In this document: piece by piece, positions 25,387 to 35,812 of the stretch
How positions within the stretch are numbered: the stretch's first letter is position 1
Layout: every line of letters begins with the position of its first letter
Origin: Cyanophora paradoxa CCMP329
Taxonomy: Eukaryota; Plantae; Glaucophyta
Direction of reading: 5' to 3'
Assembly (NCBI GenBank): GCA_004431415.1
Contig: QPMI01000557.1
Location: 24,313-88,312, forward strand
DNA: 64,000 bases
The notes under the pieces: generated by a model
The model's database searches: none
Told to the model about the DNA's origin: nothing
The model's input: only the letters and a program-made list of their open reading frames with translations
Program-made: the position numbers and the translations under genes

Positions 25387-27743
25387 ATGGTGACGTTCAT
25401 GGAGCTCGGTCTTGACGGCTGGCTCGTGGAGACAGTTCGCAACATGGGCATCGCTCGTCCCACGCCGATCCAGGAGAACTGCATCCCGCCGATCCTGGAA
25501 GGTAGCCAAGCAGTGCGCAGCGCCCACGCTCCCGCCCCCCGCTCACGCCCTTCAGGCCGCGACGTGCTTGGCGCGGCTCAGACGGGCAGCGGCAAGACGG
25601 CCGCGTTCGCGCTGCCGATTCTCCAGAAGCTGTCTGAAGAGCCCTTCGGGATCTTCGCGCTCGTGCTCACACCCACGCGGTGCGCCAGCTGCGCAGCGCA
25701 CACCGGCGCCCGCTTAGCTGCGGCCCTCGCGCGCGCGGGGATCTGAGCTCTGTGCGTTCTTGACGAGAGGTGCGCACAGGGAGCTCGCCTTCCAGATCGC
25801 GGAGCAGTTCCGAGCCTTTGGGGCCTCCATTGGCCTGCGCGACGTCGTGATCGTCGGCGGCATGGGTGCGGCCGCGCCGCACCGCCGGGTGCCGCCGGGA
25901 GGGCGAGGGTCGGGCGGCCGGCGCAGATATGATGCAGCAGGCGATCGCGCTGGCGAAGCGGCCGCACGTGGTCATCGCGACGCCGGGGCGGCTGCTGGAT
26001 CACATGCGGAGCTCGAGCACGGCGGACTGGTCGCGCCTTCGCTTCCTGGTGTGCGACGAGGCGGACCGGCTGCTGGCGGGGAACGTGGCCGAAGAGGTGG
26101 CGGAGGTGCTCGCGCGGCTGCCGGCCTCGCGCCAGACGCTCCTCTTCTCCGCCACCGTCAGCGAGGCCCTCGAGGAGCTCCAGCAGGCCCGTCCCGCCCC
26201 CCGCCCCCGGCCCCCACCCCAGCCTCCTCACCCGCCCCCAGCTCTCTCCGCGCAAGCCCTTCTCGTACAGCGCCCCCTCGGCGTGCGCGGCGGGGCGGGG
26301 CGCCGGCGGGGCGGGGCGGGGCGGGGCGGGGCGGGGCGGGGCGGGGCGGGGCCGACGGGGCGCAGGGGCTCGACGGTGGAGGGCCTGCGGGAGGAGTACA
26401 TGTTCATGCCGGCGAAGGCGCGCTCGCCGGGGTGGCGCGGCGCGGCTGGGCGAGGGCGAGGGCGGGGCGGCGCAGGTGAAGGACGTGTACCTCGCCCATC
26501 TGCTCCGCCGCCACGCCGACACCACCGCCATCGTCTTCGCCCCCTCCTGCCGGTCCCCCGCCCGCCCCGCCGAGGGGGGGGGCGTCCGCTGAGGCGGCGC
26601 AGGGCCTGCGAGTACGTCGCGCTGCTGCTGCGCGAGCTCGGCACCCGCTGCACCGCCCTCCACTCCTACGCCAGGCCCGCACTCCCCGCCCCGCCGCCCC
26701 GCGCCCGGAGCGAGGGGGCGGCAGCCAGCCCGAGCGGCTTGCCGCGCTCGCCAAGTTCAAGAACGGCGTCGTCTCCGTGCGGCCCGGCCCCGGCCCCGCG
26801 GCGCCCCGCGCCTGACGCCCGCGCAGGTGCTCGTCGCGACGGACGTGGCGAGCCGGTGCGGGGGCGCGGGGCGGGGCGCGGGGTGGGCGAGCGGGGCGGC
26901 AGAGGGCTGGACATCCCGACGGTGGGCCTGGTGGTGAACTACAACGTGCCGGCCGTCGCCAAGGAGTACGTCCACCGCGTCGGCCGCACCGCCCGCGCCG
27001 GTCCGCGCCCCGCCCCGCCCCCCCCCCCCCCCCGCCCTCCCCCCCCCGCCCTCCCCCCCCCCCCCTTTTCGGCAGACGGGGGCGCTGAGCGGGGCAGGGC
27101 GGGGCGGGCGGGCGGTGACGCTGGTAACGCAGTACGACGTGGCCCTCGTGCAGGCCATCGAGGCCTTCACCGGCGCGCCCCGCCCCGCCGCCCCCGCCCG
27201 CGCCCCTCCCCGCCCGCGCCGAGGCGGGGCGGGGGGCAGGAAGAAGCTCGGGGAGTACGGGGCGGCCGAGGCGGAGGTGCTGGAGGACATCACGGAGGTC
27301 GTCACCGCCCGCCGCGCCGCTCGCCTTGTTCGCGCCCCGCCCCGCCCCGCCCCGCCCCGCCTCACCCCCGCAGCGCCTCGTGGAGAGCGGCTTCGGGAGA
27401 AGCAGAAGGAGCGCAAGGAGAAGGCTGCCCGCCGCGCAGCCCGCGACGTGCGCCCCGCCGCCCCACCGCCGTGCCGCCGCCCTCACCCGCCGCGCAGGCC
27501 GGCGATGGCGGCGCAGGCGAGGCCGCCGCCCCCGCAAAACGCCGCCGGGAGGAGGGGGGCAGCGAGGGCGGCGCCCGGCGCGGCCACAAGAAGCAGAGCA
27601 GCGAGGAGAAGCAGAGCATGGCGTGCGGGGGCGGTGGCGCGAGGGATGGGCGTGGCGGGCGCGGCGGCTCGCAGGCAAGTGGGCGTGCGTCGAAGGGATC
27701 GCAGCGAAGATCCAAGCCCAAGAAGCGCACCACGCCTGGCTGA
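25387..27743 (+). CDS. DDX49: DEAD-box RNA helicase DDX49/Dbp8, multi-exon
   Basis: [97 protein letters not shown]. Confidence 0.92.
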
Positions 27744-28840
27744 CCCCGCTTTCACCGCCCTCCTCTATTCACAAGCAAATTCAGAATTCGAACCAGAATT
27801 CACTGCGCCGGGTCGAAGCGCTGCCGGACAAACCTTGGGGAGTGGGGACTCCACGGCCGGCCCGGCGGGAGACTGAGAGATCCCGCAAGCCTTGAAGCTC
27901 AATTGCAAGCTAGCGCTGTGGCCCGCGCCCGAGATCACGCGCGTGCGCCCGGGCCCGCACGGACATCGATGTTTCAGAATTATCGGGCCGCCGTCACGCT
28001 TACTTCATTTGCACGGCATGGTCAAAAAAAAACCGTTGAACCTCGTGATCAGCCGCTGAGCTTGAACTTGTGAACTTCGGAAGCCTTGAAGCCTCAGGGC
28101 CTTTTTCGAAGCCCTGCATGAGCTCGGCGGTGCGCGGGCACCAAGCTGCAAGCAAGTACAGGACTTTCGCTGATTGCGATATCGTCTCGCAGTTGCCACC
28201 AATGCTTCAGGCACAGAAGCTCGGCCTCGCTACGCCACGGACTACGCAGGCGACACGGGGGTCGCCTCGCGGCCGACGCCTCCATCTAGCAGAACGTCTA
28301 AGACCGCCAACAGCGAGGACCCATGGGGCGCTATCCTGAACACGAGCGAAAGCGCCCAGTCCCAGCAGCTAGGCAGGAAGCTCAACGAACGCTTCACAGG
28401 CCCGGTCATCTAGGGATTCAACTAGGGCTACCCATTTTTTCCTCTAGATGAGCACGAGTTGGCAGGCCGGCACCACTAGATGGCAAGCGGTTCCGGGAGA
28501 TCCTGTCCGGCGAGCAGCGGGCCGTGTAGCTCGCTAGCTATGTTCTGTTATTAGTATAAACACTGCCCGCGCCCGCGCCGCTGTCCGCTGCATGAGTGGC
28601 ATGTCAATGGTCCGACGGTCAGTGCGAGGAGCGGCGGGCCGCAGCAGCACGATAAGTCGCGACAGTTATGCTCTGGCTATCCATGGCCAGCGCCTCTGTA
28701 TGATCCCTATGTCCCCGCTCTCGAAGTGCGCGCGCCCGCGGGCCGGCGCGCGCCCGAAGTTCGCGCTCGCTTCCCTTAGGTGCGCCATCGGCTTTCTTTA
28801 GCGTTTCAGATGGTCCCTGGACTCTCCCGTTAGGTAAGGA

Positions 28841-29530
28841 AGGCCAGGTTCGCGCGCGCCGCGCGCCCTCGCCGCCTCCCCGCCCCGCAGAGAGCCGCCC
28901 CGATGCCCGCGCGCAGGCCCGATCAAGCCCCGCGACCGGCCGCCCGCCCGCCTCGCCCCGCCCCGCGCCGCCCCCCCGCCTCGCCGGCGGGGCCAAGGCC
29001 AGGTCCGCGCCGCCCTCGCCGCGGCCGCCTCCCCGCCCCGCAGAGAGCCGCCCCGATGCCCGCGCGCAGGCCCGATCAAGCCCCGCGACCGGCCGCCCGC
29101 CCGCCTCGCCCCGCCCCGCGCCGCGACCGCGCCGCCCCCCCCGCCTCGCCGGCGGGGCCAAGGCCAGGTCCGCGCCGCCCTCGCCGCGGCCGCCTCCCCG
29201 CCCCGCAGAGAGCCGCCCCGATGCCCGCGCGCAGGCCCGATCAAGCCCCGCGACCGGCCGCCCGCCCGCCTCGCCCCGCCCGCGCCGCGACCGCGCCGCC
29301 CCCCCGCCTCGCCGGCGGGGCCAAGGCCAGGTCCGCGCCGCCCTCGCCGCCTCCCGCCCCGCAGAGAGCCGCCCTAATTCCCGCGCGCAGGCCCGATCAC
29401 GCCCCGTGACCGGCCGCCCGCCCGCCCGCCCCGCCCCGCGCCCCCCCGGTGCGGGCCAAGGCCAGGGGCCAAGGTGCGGGCCGCCCGCCCCGCCCCGCCC
29501 CGGCGAGCTAAGGCCAGGTCCGCGCCGCCT
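28841..29530. repeat. GC-rich tandem array, ~153-165-bp unit, ~4 copies
   Basis: cagagagccgcc recurs at 28888, 29041, 29206, 29362. Confidence 0.9.
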
Positions 29531-29687
29531 GCCCCGGGGCCCCGCGCAGACCCGCAGCGTGCGGGTAGCTTTAGTTGGCAGTTAGCAGTACTAGTTAGCC
29601 GTAGGCATGCAGCTGGATTTTGTGTTTATAATTACGATGTCACAGTGTCCGGATCCGTGGCCGATACCGAAATTTTACATTTTAATT

Positions 29688-30135
29688 TGACATTTTCGGG
29701 GATGCATCTCAAGAATATCTGAAATTCTGGCGAGCACGAGATTCTGGCGGCAATTCGGGGCAAGGCGGTTTCCGGTTTCGACATTTAATTTTCCCGGAGA
29801 AAAGCCAACAATCTCAAGAATGTCAGAAATTCTGGCGAGATTCTGGCAACAATTCGGGGCAAGGCCGTTTCCGGTTTCGACATTTTCCCGTAGAAAAGCC
29901 AACAATCTCAAGAATGTCAGAAATTCTGGCGAGATTCTGGCAACAATTCGGGGCAAGGCCGTTTCCGGTTTTGACATTTTCCCGGAAAAAAGCCAACAAT
30001 CTCAAGAATGTCAGAAATTCTGGCGAGATTCTGGCAACAATTCGGGACAAGGCGGTTTCGGGTTTTGACATTTTCCCGGAAAAAAGCCAACAATCTCAAG
30101 AATGTCAGAAATTCTGGCGAGATTCTGGCAACAAT
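29688..30135. repeat. 94-bp tandem array (~4.5 copies), ending at the virus left junction
   Basis: ctcaagaat recurs at 29708, 29813, 29907, 30001, 30095; the last unit stops at ggcaacaat. Confidence 0.92.
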
Positions 30136-30695
30136 TGTTGTATACGCATGGACCTCACACCCGGGCAATTCCGCTTCGCTCCATAGCCCCCGATTCCATG
30201 CGTTTCAAGTGTATACCTCCAGCGTTTCATTAGTTATTTCACCATATACGTCTACCCCACCGATCCAGCTACGTCTACTATCCGATTCCCTAGGTCGAAG
30301 CCTAGCAATATCTGACGACTATACAAGGCAGAGGAGACAACAAGAATAGGCGAAGAGGAGCGCTGCCCCCATGAGCGCGGTCTGCAGAGCAACGTGGCAG
30401 AATAGTCTAGACGATATTAATGTGTACAATGAAGCTATCAGAGGAAACACGTTTAGCTTAATTTTAGGCGATAATGAAGTGTACATCGAAGCTAACAGAG
30501 GAAGCACGTTTAGGTTAATTTTAGGCGATATAGATGAGTACGATGAAGCTAACAGAGGAAGCACGTTTAGGTTAATTTTAGGCGAAATGATGAGAACATT
30601 GAAGCAACCAGAGGAAAAGCGTTTAGCTCTATCTAGGCGATAATGATGAGTACATTGAAGCACTTCGTGTCCCAAGAGCGCTCTGGTGCGGCCTC
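30136..30695 (+). repeat. Left terminal inverted repeat of the virus (560 bp), with four internal 56-57-bp tandem units
   Basis: Reverse complement of 57796-58355; I noticed one mismatch (30457). Internal units start at 30431, 30488, 30545, 30601. Confidence 0.96.
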
Positions 30696-30774
30696 TGGAG
30701 GTGTGTCGATGGCTTTATCTTTGTTTTAAATGTTTTAATTCGGAGGGTCAAGTTCACGAGAAAACTTTGCGGAC

Positions 30775-30890
30775 GCCGTGACGTGATGCTGTGACGTGGC
30801 GAGAAAACGGCGAGATACGTGACACACAAAAGATTGGCGCTGATAGTGCGCTGATAGTGCGCTGATAGCTAGCACTACTATAAATGCATT
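30775..30890 (+). promoter_or_regulatory. Candidate RNA Pol II-type promoter upstream of polB
   Basis: TGACGT at 30779 and 30792; ATTGG (reverse CCAAT) at 30833; three 11-bp gcgctgatagt repeats; TATAAA at 30879; polB ATG at 31031. Confidence 0.45.
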
Positions 30891-31030
30891 TGCGTACGCG
30901 TTTACACCGCCACCTTGCAGTTAGTTGCATGGCTTAAAGGTTTCTCGCATACATACTAGCAATCAGAGATTGACTGCGATTAATTCGCAAAAAGTTTTCG
31001 GCCATCCAATATTGTAGAGACCTATTCATA

Positions 31031-31725
31031 ATGGACAGGAACAATCTGAGAGCTGAAATTCGGAGTCTAGCGCAGGAGCTACACAATCTAAGGTACATTA
31101 ACGGAACATATTTGAACACACTGATGCGACTAGCAGACCCACAGAGGGGAACCCACACACAAAATCTTCGAGCTAATCTGTCAACATTGCTTAGACTTAG
31201 ACAGACGAACCGGCCGCAGCGCCCTTTGTACCAGTCATGGATAACAAGTCATTTTGAGAACGAACGCAATGCTCGAATTGAAGCCACGCGAGAGTTTGAT
31301 GAAATTGTAGAGTATGGGATCTCGAATTTATTTCGCGAGACAGGTCGAGGCGATACCGTGTTAAATTATACTCATTATGCATATCCGGGGTTGTTATTTA
31401 CCAAGGATGTTTTGGATATTGAACCGACTCCAATGCCAGAGCGGGTTAAAGAGATCACGATTGAGTTTCTGAGAGAGCTGCGAATTCCAGAGAAAATAGG
31501 ATCAAGCGTTCTAATTCGGTTTCATTTCGATAACTTTCGCATGTATCGCACTCAACTAGCAACAATCGAAGAGGGCACAATGCAGTCGCTCTTGTCAAAT
31601 CTGGCTGAAAAGATGGAACAATGGATGCTAGCGCAGCAGCCATATGAAGACAACGACCTTTGGCCAGTAGTGAAAATAGAGGTGCTCATTGCAGAGAACG
31701 CTGCAGGCGCACTTGGAAACGTACC
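31031..31725 (+). CDS. polB: N-terminal part of viral protein-primed DNA polymerase B (possible terminal-protein region), interrupted by the LINE
   Basis: ORF reads ...AAGALGNVP into the TSD and joins in frame with 38196 (KLPFNGK...) when the LINE and one TSD copy are removed. Confidence 0.88.
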
Positions 31726-32285
31726 CCCCGGAACCTGGCGAGGCACGTAGCGGCACAGCGGCAGCAGCGCGGAGCGTGGTACGCACCTTTTCTTAGCCTC
31801 TGCGTGATTCTGGAACTCTCCTGCCTTCGGGCGCAAACTCTCTGCCGTATGGCGCAAACTCGTGTTACCGTCCCTGTTGCCCTGCGTGCGCACTCACGTG
31901 TGCATTGCCTTGAACTCCGTTCGGCAGCCGAAGCTGAAAAGTACGAAGCCCTGGCCACCGGTGTCCGCACGGCGTCATCCGTCAGTTGTGCTTTCGCCTC
32001 TAACTCCTGTCAAGCATGTTCTCGTTACATTCTACGTCATACATACGCTCAGCTCAGCTCTCGCGTGCGGGCATCGACTTGGGCAGTTACCGTTACGTGG
32101 GTTGTGCGAAGTGACTCTGCTGACGGCCGATTAACTGCGCACTCTGTTATTTTTACAGCTGATGCCAAGCCAAGCTCTCGGGTTTTCGGCTCTCATCTCG
32201 TAACCCTTATACCTCTTTTCGTCGCTGGGACTGCCCCCCCGCCCAACATTCATCGCCTTCGTGCACCGCCGTGGCCTGATTAAAT

Positions 32286-34217
32286 ATGGTTAACATTGCA
32301 TCCTTGAATGTGGGAGGGCTCAACAGTCCCAACAAGCTTCAGAAATTTGTGGAACGTTGCCGGAAGTTTGCCATTGCCCACAAGATAGACATCCTCTGCT
32401 TACAGGAAACTAAGCTGCGGGAATTTGATGCTGCTGGCCACGCCTTAGGAAAGCTCGAAAAGATTGCAACTGCCTGGCGAGGCCCATTCTTCCACTCTGC
32501 TCCGACTCAATCCCGCTCCACTGGTGTTGCCATCATGGTCACACCCTTCTTCGCTGCAGAGCACGAGGTTACGCTTGCTCGTCAGGATTCTGATGGACGC
32601 TTTATATCCGTATCTATTGCGTTTAAGGCATCGGGTTCCTTCCCGGCTACGAAAGTACTCTTGGCTTGTGTCTATGCCCCCGCTAGTAATAACAGAGACC
32701 GCCTGGACTGGTGGCAGTCTTGTGTGCAGGCTGGGTATCTCTCCGCCACTATGCCTATGCTTCTTATCGGAGACTGGAATCACCGCACTCCAAAGCCTAA
32801 TTCCCTGCAGCGCTCGTACCTTCGCACAACGATGACCTTCCACCAGCTTGATGATCTTGCGAACCATGCTCCGCCGCCTCCTGCCGGCGAGCCTGCATCT
32901 GCTTTCGCCCCAACTTATTCGCGCATTGTTAGCCTTAAAGCTGTTAACTCGCGCCTCGACTTTGCTCTTGCAACCAAGTGGTTCCAGCGCCGCCTTGCCA
33001 CGTACTCGCTCCTAGCGCCGTCTGATGCGCTCCATCTTCAGCTTGACCACCGTATTGTTGTTCTCTCCTTTTCAGGCCCTCGTGTGCACCGTCACTCGCC
33101 CCGGTCCCGCGTGCAAGCGTTCCCGTACGATTTTGTCAGCAACCTGCCTGGACAGTACTCTCAGCGCGGCGACCCAGTCTGTCTTGACCCAGCTCTGCGC
33201 AAGCGTACGGAAACGCACTTAACTCAGTTCCTGAACACTGTCCTGCAAGAACGTGGGGACAATGGGGTAGTTGTTGATGCTGCCGCCTTTGATGACACAT
33301 GGCGCGCATTCTGTAAGCGGCTCTGCAAAATGGCACGTAAACACAGAGCACATGTGATAAGCAAGCTATACACGCATGAGCGCGCGGCGTACAAGGCGCT
33401 GGGCGATGTCGAGGTGAAGATCTACCGCTTGCCGCCCGGCTCCGATGCTGTCGCGCTGTACCGCGAGCGCACCCAGAGGCTTGAATCCCTGCGCGAACTT
33501 CAGAAGAAGGTCTCTCTCAACAATCGCCAGCTCGCTAGACTTCAGCACCGGCTCACGTTTGAAAGCGGCTCTAAGCGCGACTGGGCGCGGCTCGCCAAGC
33601 CCTCCTCCGTTGTTCCCCCGCCACTGCACTTCACCTCGGATGGTTCCACTGCTGTCGCTGTTGAGCCTGCCGCGGTTGCGAACTATTTGGCTAGGAAGCT
33701 TGAAGAACTGGGCGCTCCTACCCCTGCTTTCCTGTTGACTCAGACCTCTATCCTCGACTCTCTCTGCCCCCCTCCTGAACCCCCCGAGGACCCTACTGTT
33801 GATATCCCCCTTCCTGCTGCCCAGGATAATCCTTCCGCTGCTGCTTTCATTCAGCAATTTGGGGACGACCTCTTGCCTCATGTTCAGGGCACGGTCCCTC
33901 CTGCCTGGCGCACCCAGTCTAAAATCTCACCTGATGACGTAGCTTTTTCCATCAGTAAAGCATATGCCCATGGGGCGCCAGGCCCGGATGGGATACCCGT
34001 TGGTGTCTTTAAGATGCACATTAAACCTTGGTCTGTTTTCCTGGCTGCCTACTTCCAGAAGGTTGCTTTTCAAGGCTTCCTTCCTGATTTTATGCGTGAC
34101 TTGACCTATACTTTCATCTGGAAACGGGCTGGCCTACCCACTGATGCCTCGAAATACCGACCTATTGGAGTCTCTAACACGCTCCTGCGCCTTTTGAGCG
34201 GACTATGGTTACGCTAG
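32286..34217 (+). CDS. LINE ORF2 part 1: AP-endonuclease and RT N-terminus
   Basis: SLNVGGLN, DILCLQETK, GVAI, GRF, VYAP, IGDWN, SRLDF, DHR; then APGPDG and KYRPIGVSNT. Confidence 0.92.
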   Translation: MVNIASLNVGGLNSPNKLQKFVERCRKFAIAHKIDILCLQETKLREFDAAGHALGKLEKIATAWRGPFFHSAPTQSRSTGVAIMVTPFFAAEHEVTLARQDSDGRFISVSIAFKASGSFPATKVLLACVYAPASNNRDRLDWWQSCVQAGYLSATMPMLLIGDWNHRTPKPNSLQRSYLRTTMTFHQLDDLANHAPPPPAGEPASAFAPTYSRIVSLKAVNSRLDFALATKWFQRRLATYSLLAPSDALHLQLDHRIVVLSFSGPRVHRHSPRSRVQAFPYDFVSNLPGQYSQRGDPVCLDPALRKRTETHLTQFLNTVLQERGDNGVVVDAAAFDDTWRAFCKRLCKMARKHRAHVISKLYTHERAAYKALGDVEVKIYRLPPGSDAVALYRERTQRLESLRELQKKVSLNNRQLARLQHRLTFESGSKRDWARLAKPSSVVPPPLHFTSDGSTAVAVEPAAVANYLARKLEELGAPTPAFLLTQTSILDSLCPPPEPPEDPTVDIPLPAAQDNPSAAAFIQQFGDDLLPHVQGTVPPAWRTQSKISPDDVAFSISKAYAHGAPGPDGIPVGVFKMHIKPWSVFLAAYFQKVAFQGFLPDFMRDLTYTFIWKRAGLPTDASKYRPIGVSNTLLRLLSGLWLR

Positions 34218-35812
34218 CCAATCCAATCTTGCAACTCATCATTCCTGAAGATCAGTTTGGATTTGTACAAGGTCGGGATGTTCATAAAAACATCTTTGCA
34301 GTGCTGGCCACGTATACACGCATCCGCTACGCCAATTATGATTGTGTTATTGGGTTCGACTCGGATCTCAAGTCTGCCTACGATCTGTTGCTCTGGGTTA
34401 TTATGGCGCTCGTTCTCCATGTTCAACAGTGGCCCTGGCTTATCCGACGGATGCATCACTGCTTGTACAACCCTAGAGCTCCCCTCCGTGCACGTGTATT
34501 TGCGAATGGGCTCTTCTCTTCTGTTTTCTCACGTCTTGTGGGCACCATTCAAGGTGGTCCCTGGAGCCCAGTTTCTTTCATTCTCTCGATCAGCCCTCTA
34601 CGTTCTCTCTTGCTTTCGCTCACTGATATACCCCGCCCTGTTGGCACCCCCCTTGTCCAGTTTGCTGACGATATTTATCAACTGTTCCTGCTCCGCGCCC
34701 AGGGGCTATCTCTGCGTGACTCCCTCTTGGCTATCCATGCACGTTTTGGCTCTTTTAAACCTCTCTCTGGTCAGCATTTATCTATGGAGAAATCTCTTGC
34801 AATCGTCCTCAGGGAACCTGCTCCCTCATCTTTGGATCTTGATCCTGCTGATCCCCTGCCTTTCCCTGTTCTTCGCGCCTCTGAGCTCGACCCCGCCTGC
34901 CATAAGCAGCTGGGTTTCCCGCATCAGCTCCTTCTTGATCGTGAGCATCATCAATCATGGAACATGATTCAGTATAAAGCGACCTTCTTTACGGAGACAG
35001 CTGTTGATTTCCAGTCCTCCCTTCTTGGACGGGGTCGCATAGCCTATGCCTTCTGTCAGGGCGTATTGAGCTTCTATATTCGGGCAGTTCCAGCACCCCC
35101 TCTTATTCTCCGGGCTATCTCAAAATCCCTACAGACCTTCGTCTGGAAGCGTTCTTCGAATTCTGATGCGTTCATCTTACCCCATCAGGGCATGACCACT
35201 GCTTCGTGTCGGCCTGTATCTCTCGGTGGTCTCGGAGCACCCTCCCCTGAACACTTCCAGCTGGCCTTTGCCGCAAACTCTTTGGAATCGTGGCTTGCTT
35301 CCCCGGCAGCTCTTCCTGGTCGAGAAATTATTGAGGCTTTCACGGAGAATGGTGGTTTCGGGCTCTGGCTTCCTTTTCTCAACAGGACTGATCGCCTGGT
35401 GAAACCACTGTGGCCTCCGCCTGCTGACCCGTTCTTTGCCATCTTCGAAGCTTGGCGGACTATTTTCGATGTCAAGAAGCCCTGCTGCGCTTGGGATTTC
35501 CTGCGTATGCCGATCATGCACCCCTGGTATAAGAAAGACACGTACTATGAGCGTGACTTCACATTTTCGCTGCTTTTCCGTCTCGGCTTCCGTTTCAACT
35601 ATCAAATTTGGGATTTCTCTGGAGAACATACCTCTATGTCGAGCCCTCCTATCCCGAGCAACTGCGCGACCAGCTGCATGCGCTCAATAATCGACTTGCG
35701 CAAGAGGTTTGGCGTTGTGGTAAAACTGCAGACTGGAAACACGAACCTGGAGGTCTCGCTATCGGCCCTTTCTCGAAACTTGCTGCTGAGCGCGTCTCGC
35801 TCCAGGGAGTAG
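34205..35812 (+). CDS. LINE ORF2 part 2: reverse transcriptase core (-1 frame relative to part 1)
   Basis: QFGFVQGR, DLKSAYD, GTIQGGPWSP, QFADD, EKS, GGLG. Confidence 0.93.
   Translation: MVTLANPILQLIIPEDQFGFVQGRDVHKNIFAVLATYTRIRYANYDCVIGFDSDLKSAYDLLLWVIMALVLHVQQWPWLIRRMHHCLYNPRAPLRARVFANGLFSSVFSRLVGTIQGGPWSPVSFILSISPLRSLLLSLTDIPRPVGTPLVQFADDIYQLFLLRAQGLSLRDSLLAIHARFGSFKPLSGQHLSMEKSLAIVLREPAPSSLDLDPADPLPFPVLRASELDPACHKQLGFPHQLLLDREHHQSWNMIQYKATFFTETAVDFQSSLLGRGRIAYAFCQGVLSFYIRAVPAPPLILRAISKSLQTFVWKRSSNSDAFILPHQGMTTASCRPVSLGGLGAPSPEHFQLAFAANSLESWLASPAALPGREIIEAFTENGGFGLWLPFLNRTDRLVKPLWPPPADPFFAIFEAWRTIFDVKKPCCAWDFLRMPIMHPWYKKDTYYERDFTFSLLFRLGFRFNYQIWDFSGEHTSMSSPPIPSNCATSCMRSIIDLRKRFGVVVKLQTGNTNLEVSLSALSRNLLLSASRSRE

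Noticed and set aside
842-28000. Hundreds of long overlapping Arg/Gly/Pro/Ala-rich ORFs
   Set aside because: Artefacts of extreme GC (few stop codons) and read-through of short introns; only motif-bearing exons were used.
30371-30643. 90-aa ORF in each TIR (also 57848-58120)
   Set aside because: It arises from the 57-bp repeat; the frame slips where units become 56 bp, so it is probably non-coding.
29688-30660. 94-bp and 57-bp arrays as CRISPR arrays
   Set aside because: Whole units repeat with no unique spacers, there are no cas genes, and the context is eukaryotic.
31660-32283. 207-aa ORF as LINE ORF1
   Set aside because: It starts at a non-ATG codon outside the element boundary and has no zinc knuckle, RRM or coiled coil that I can recognise.
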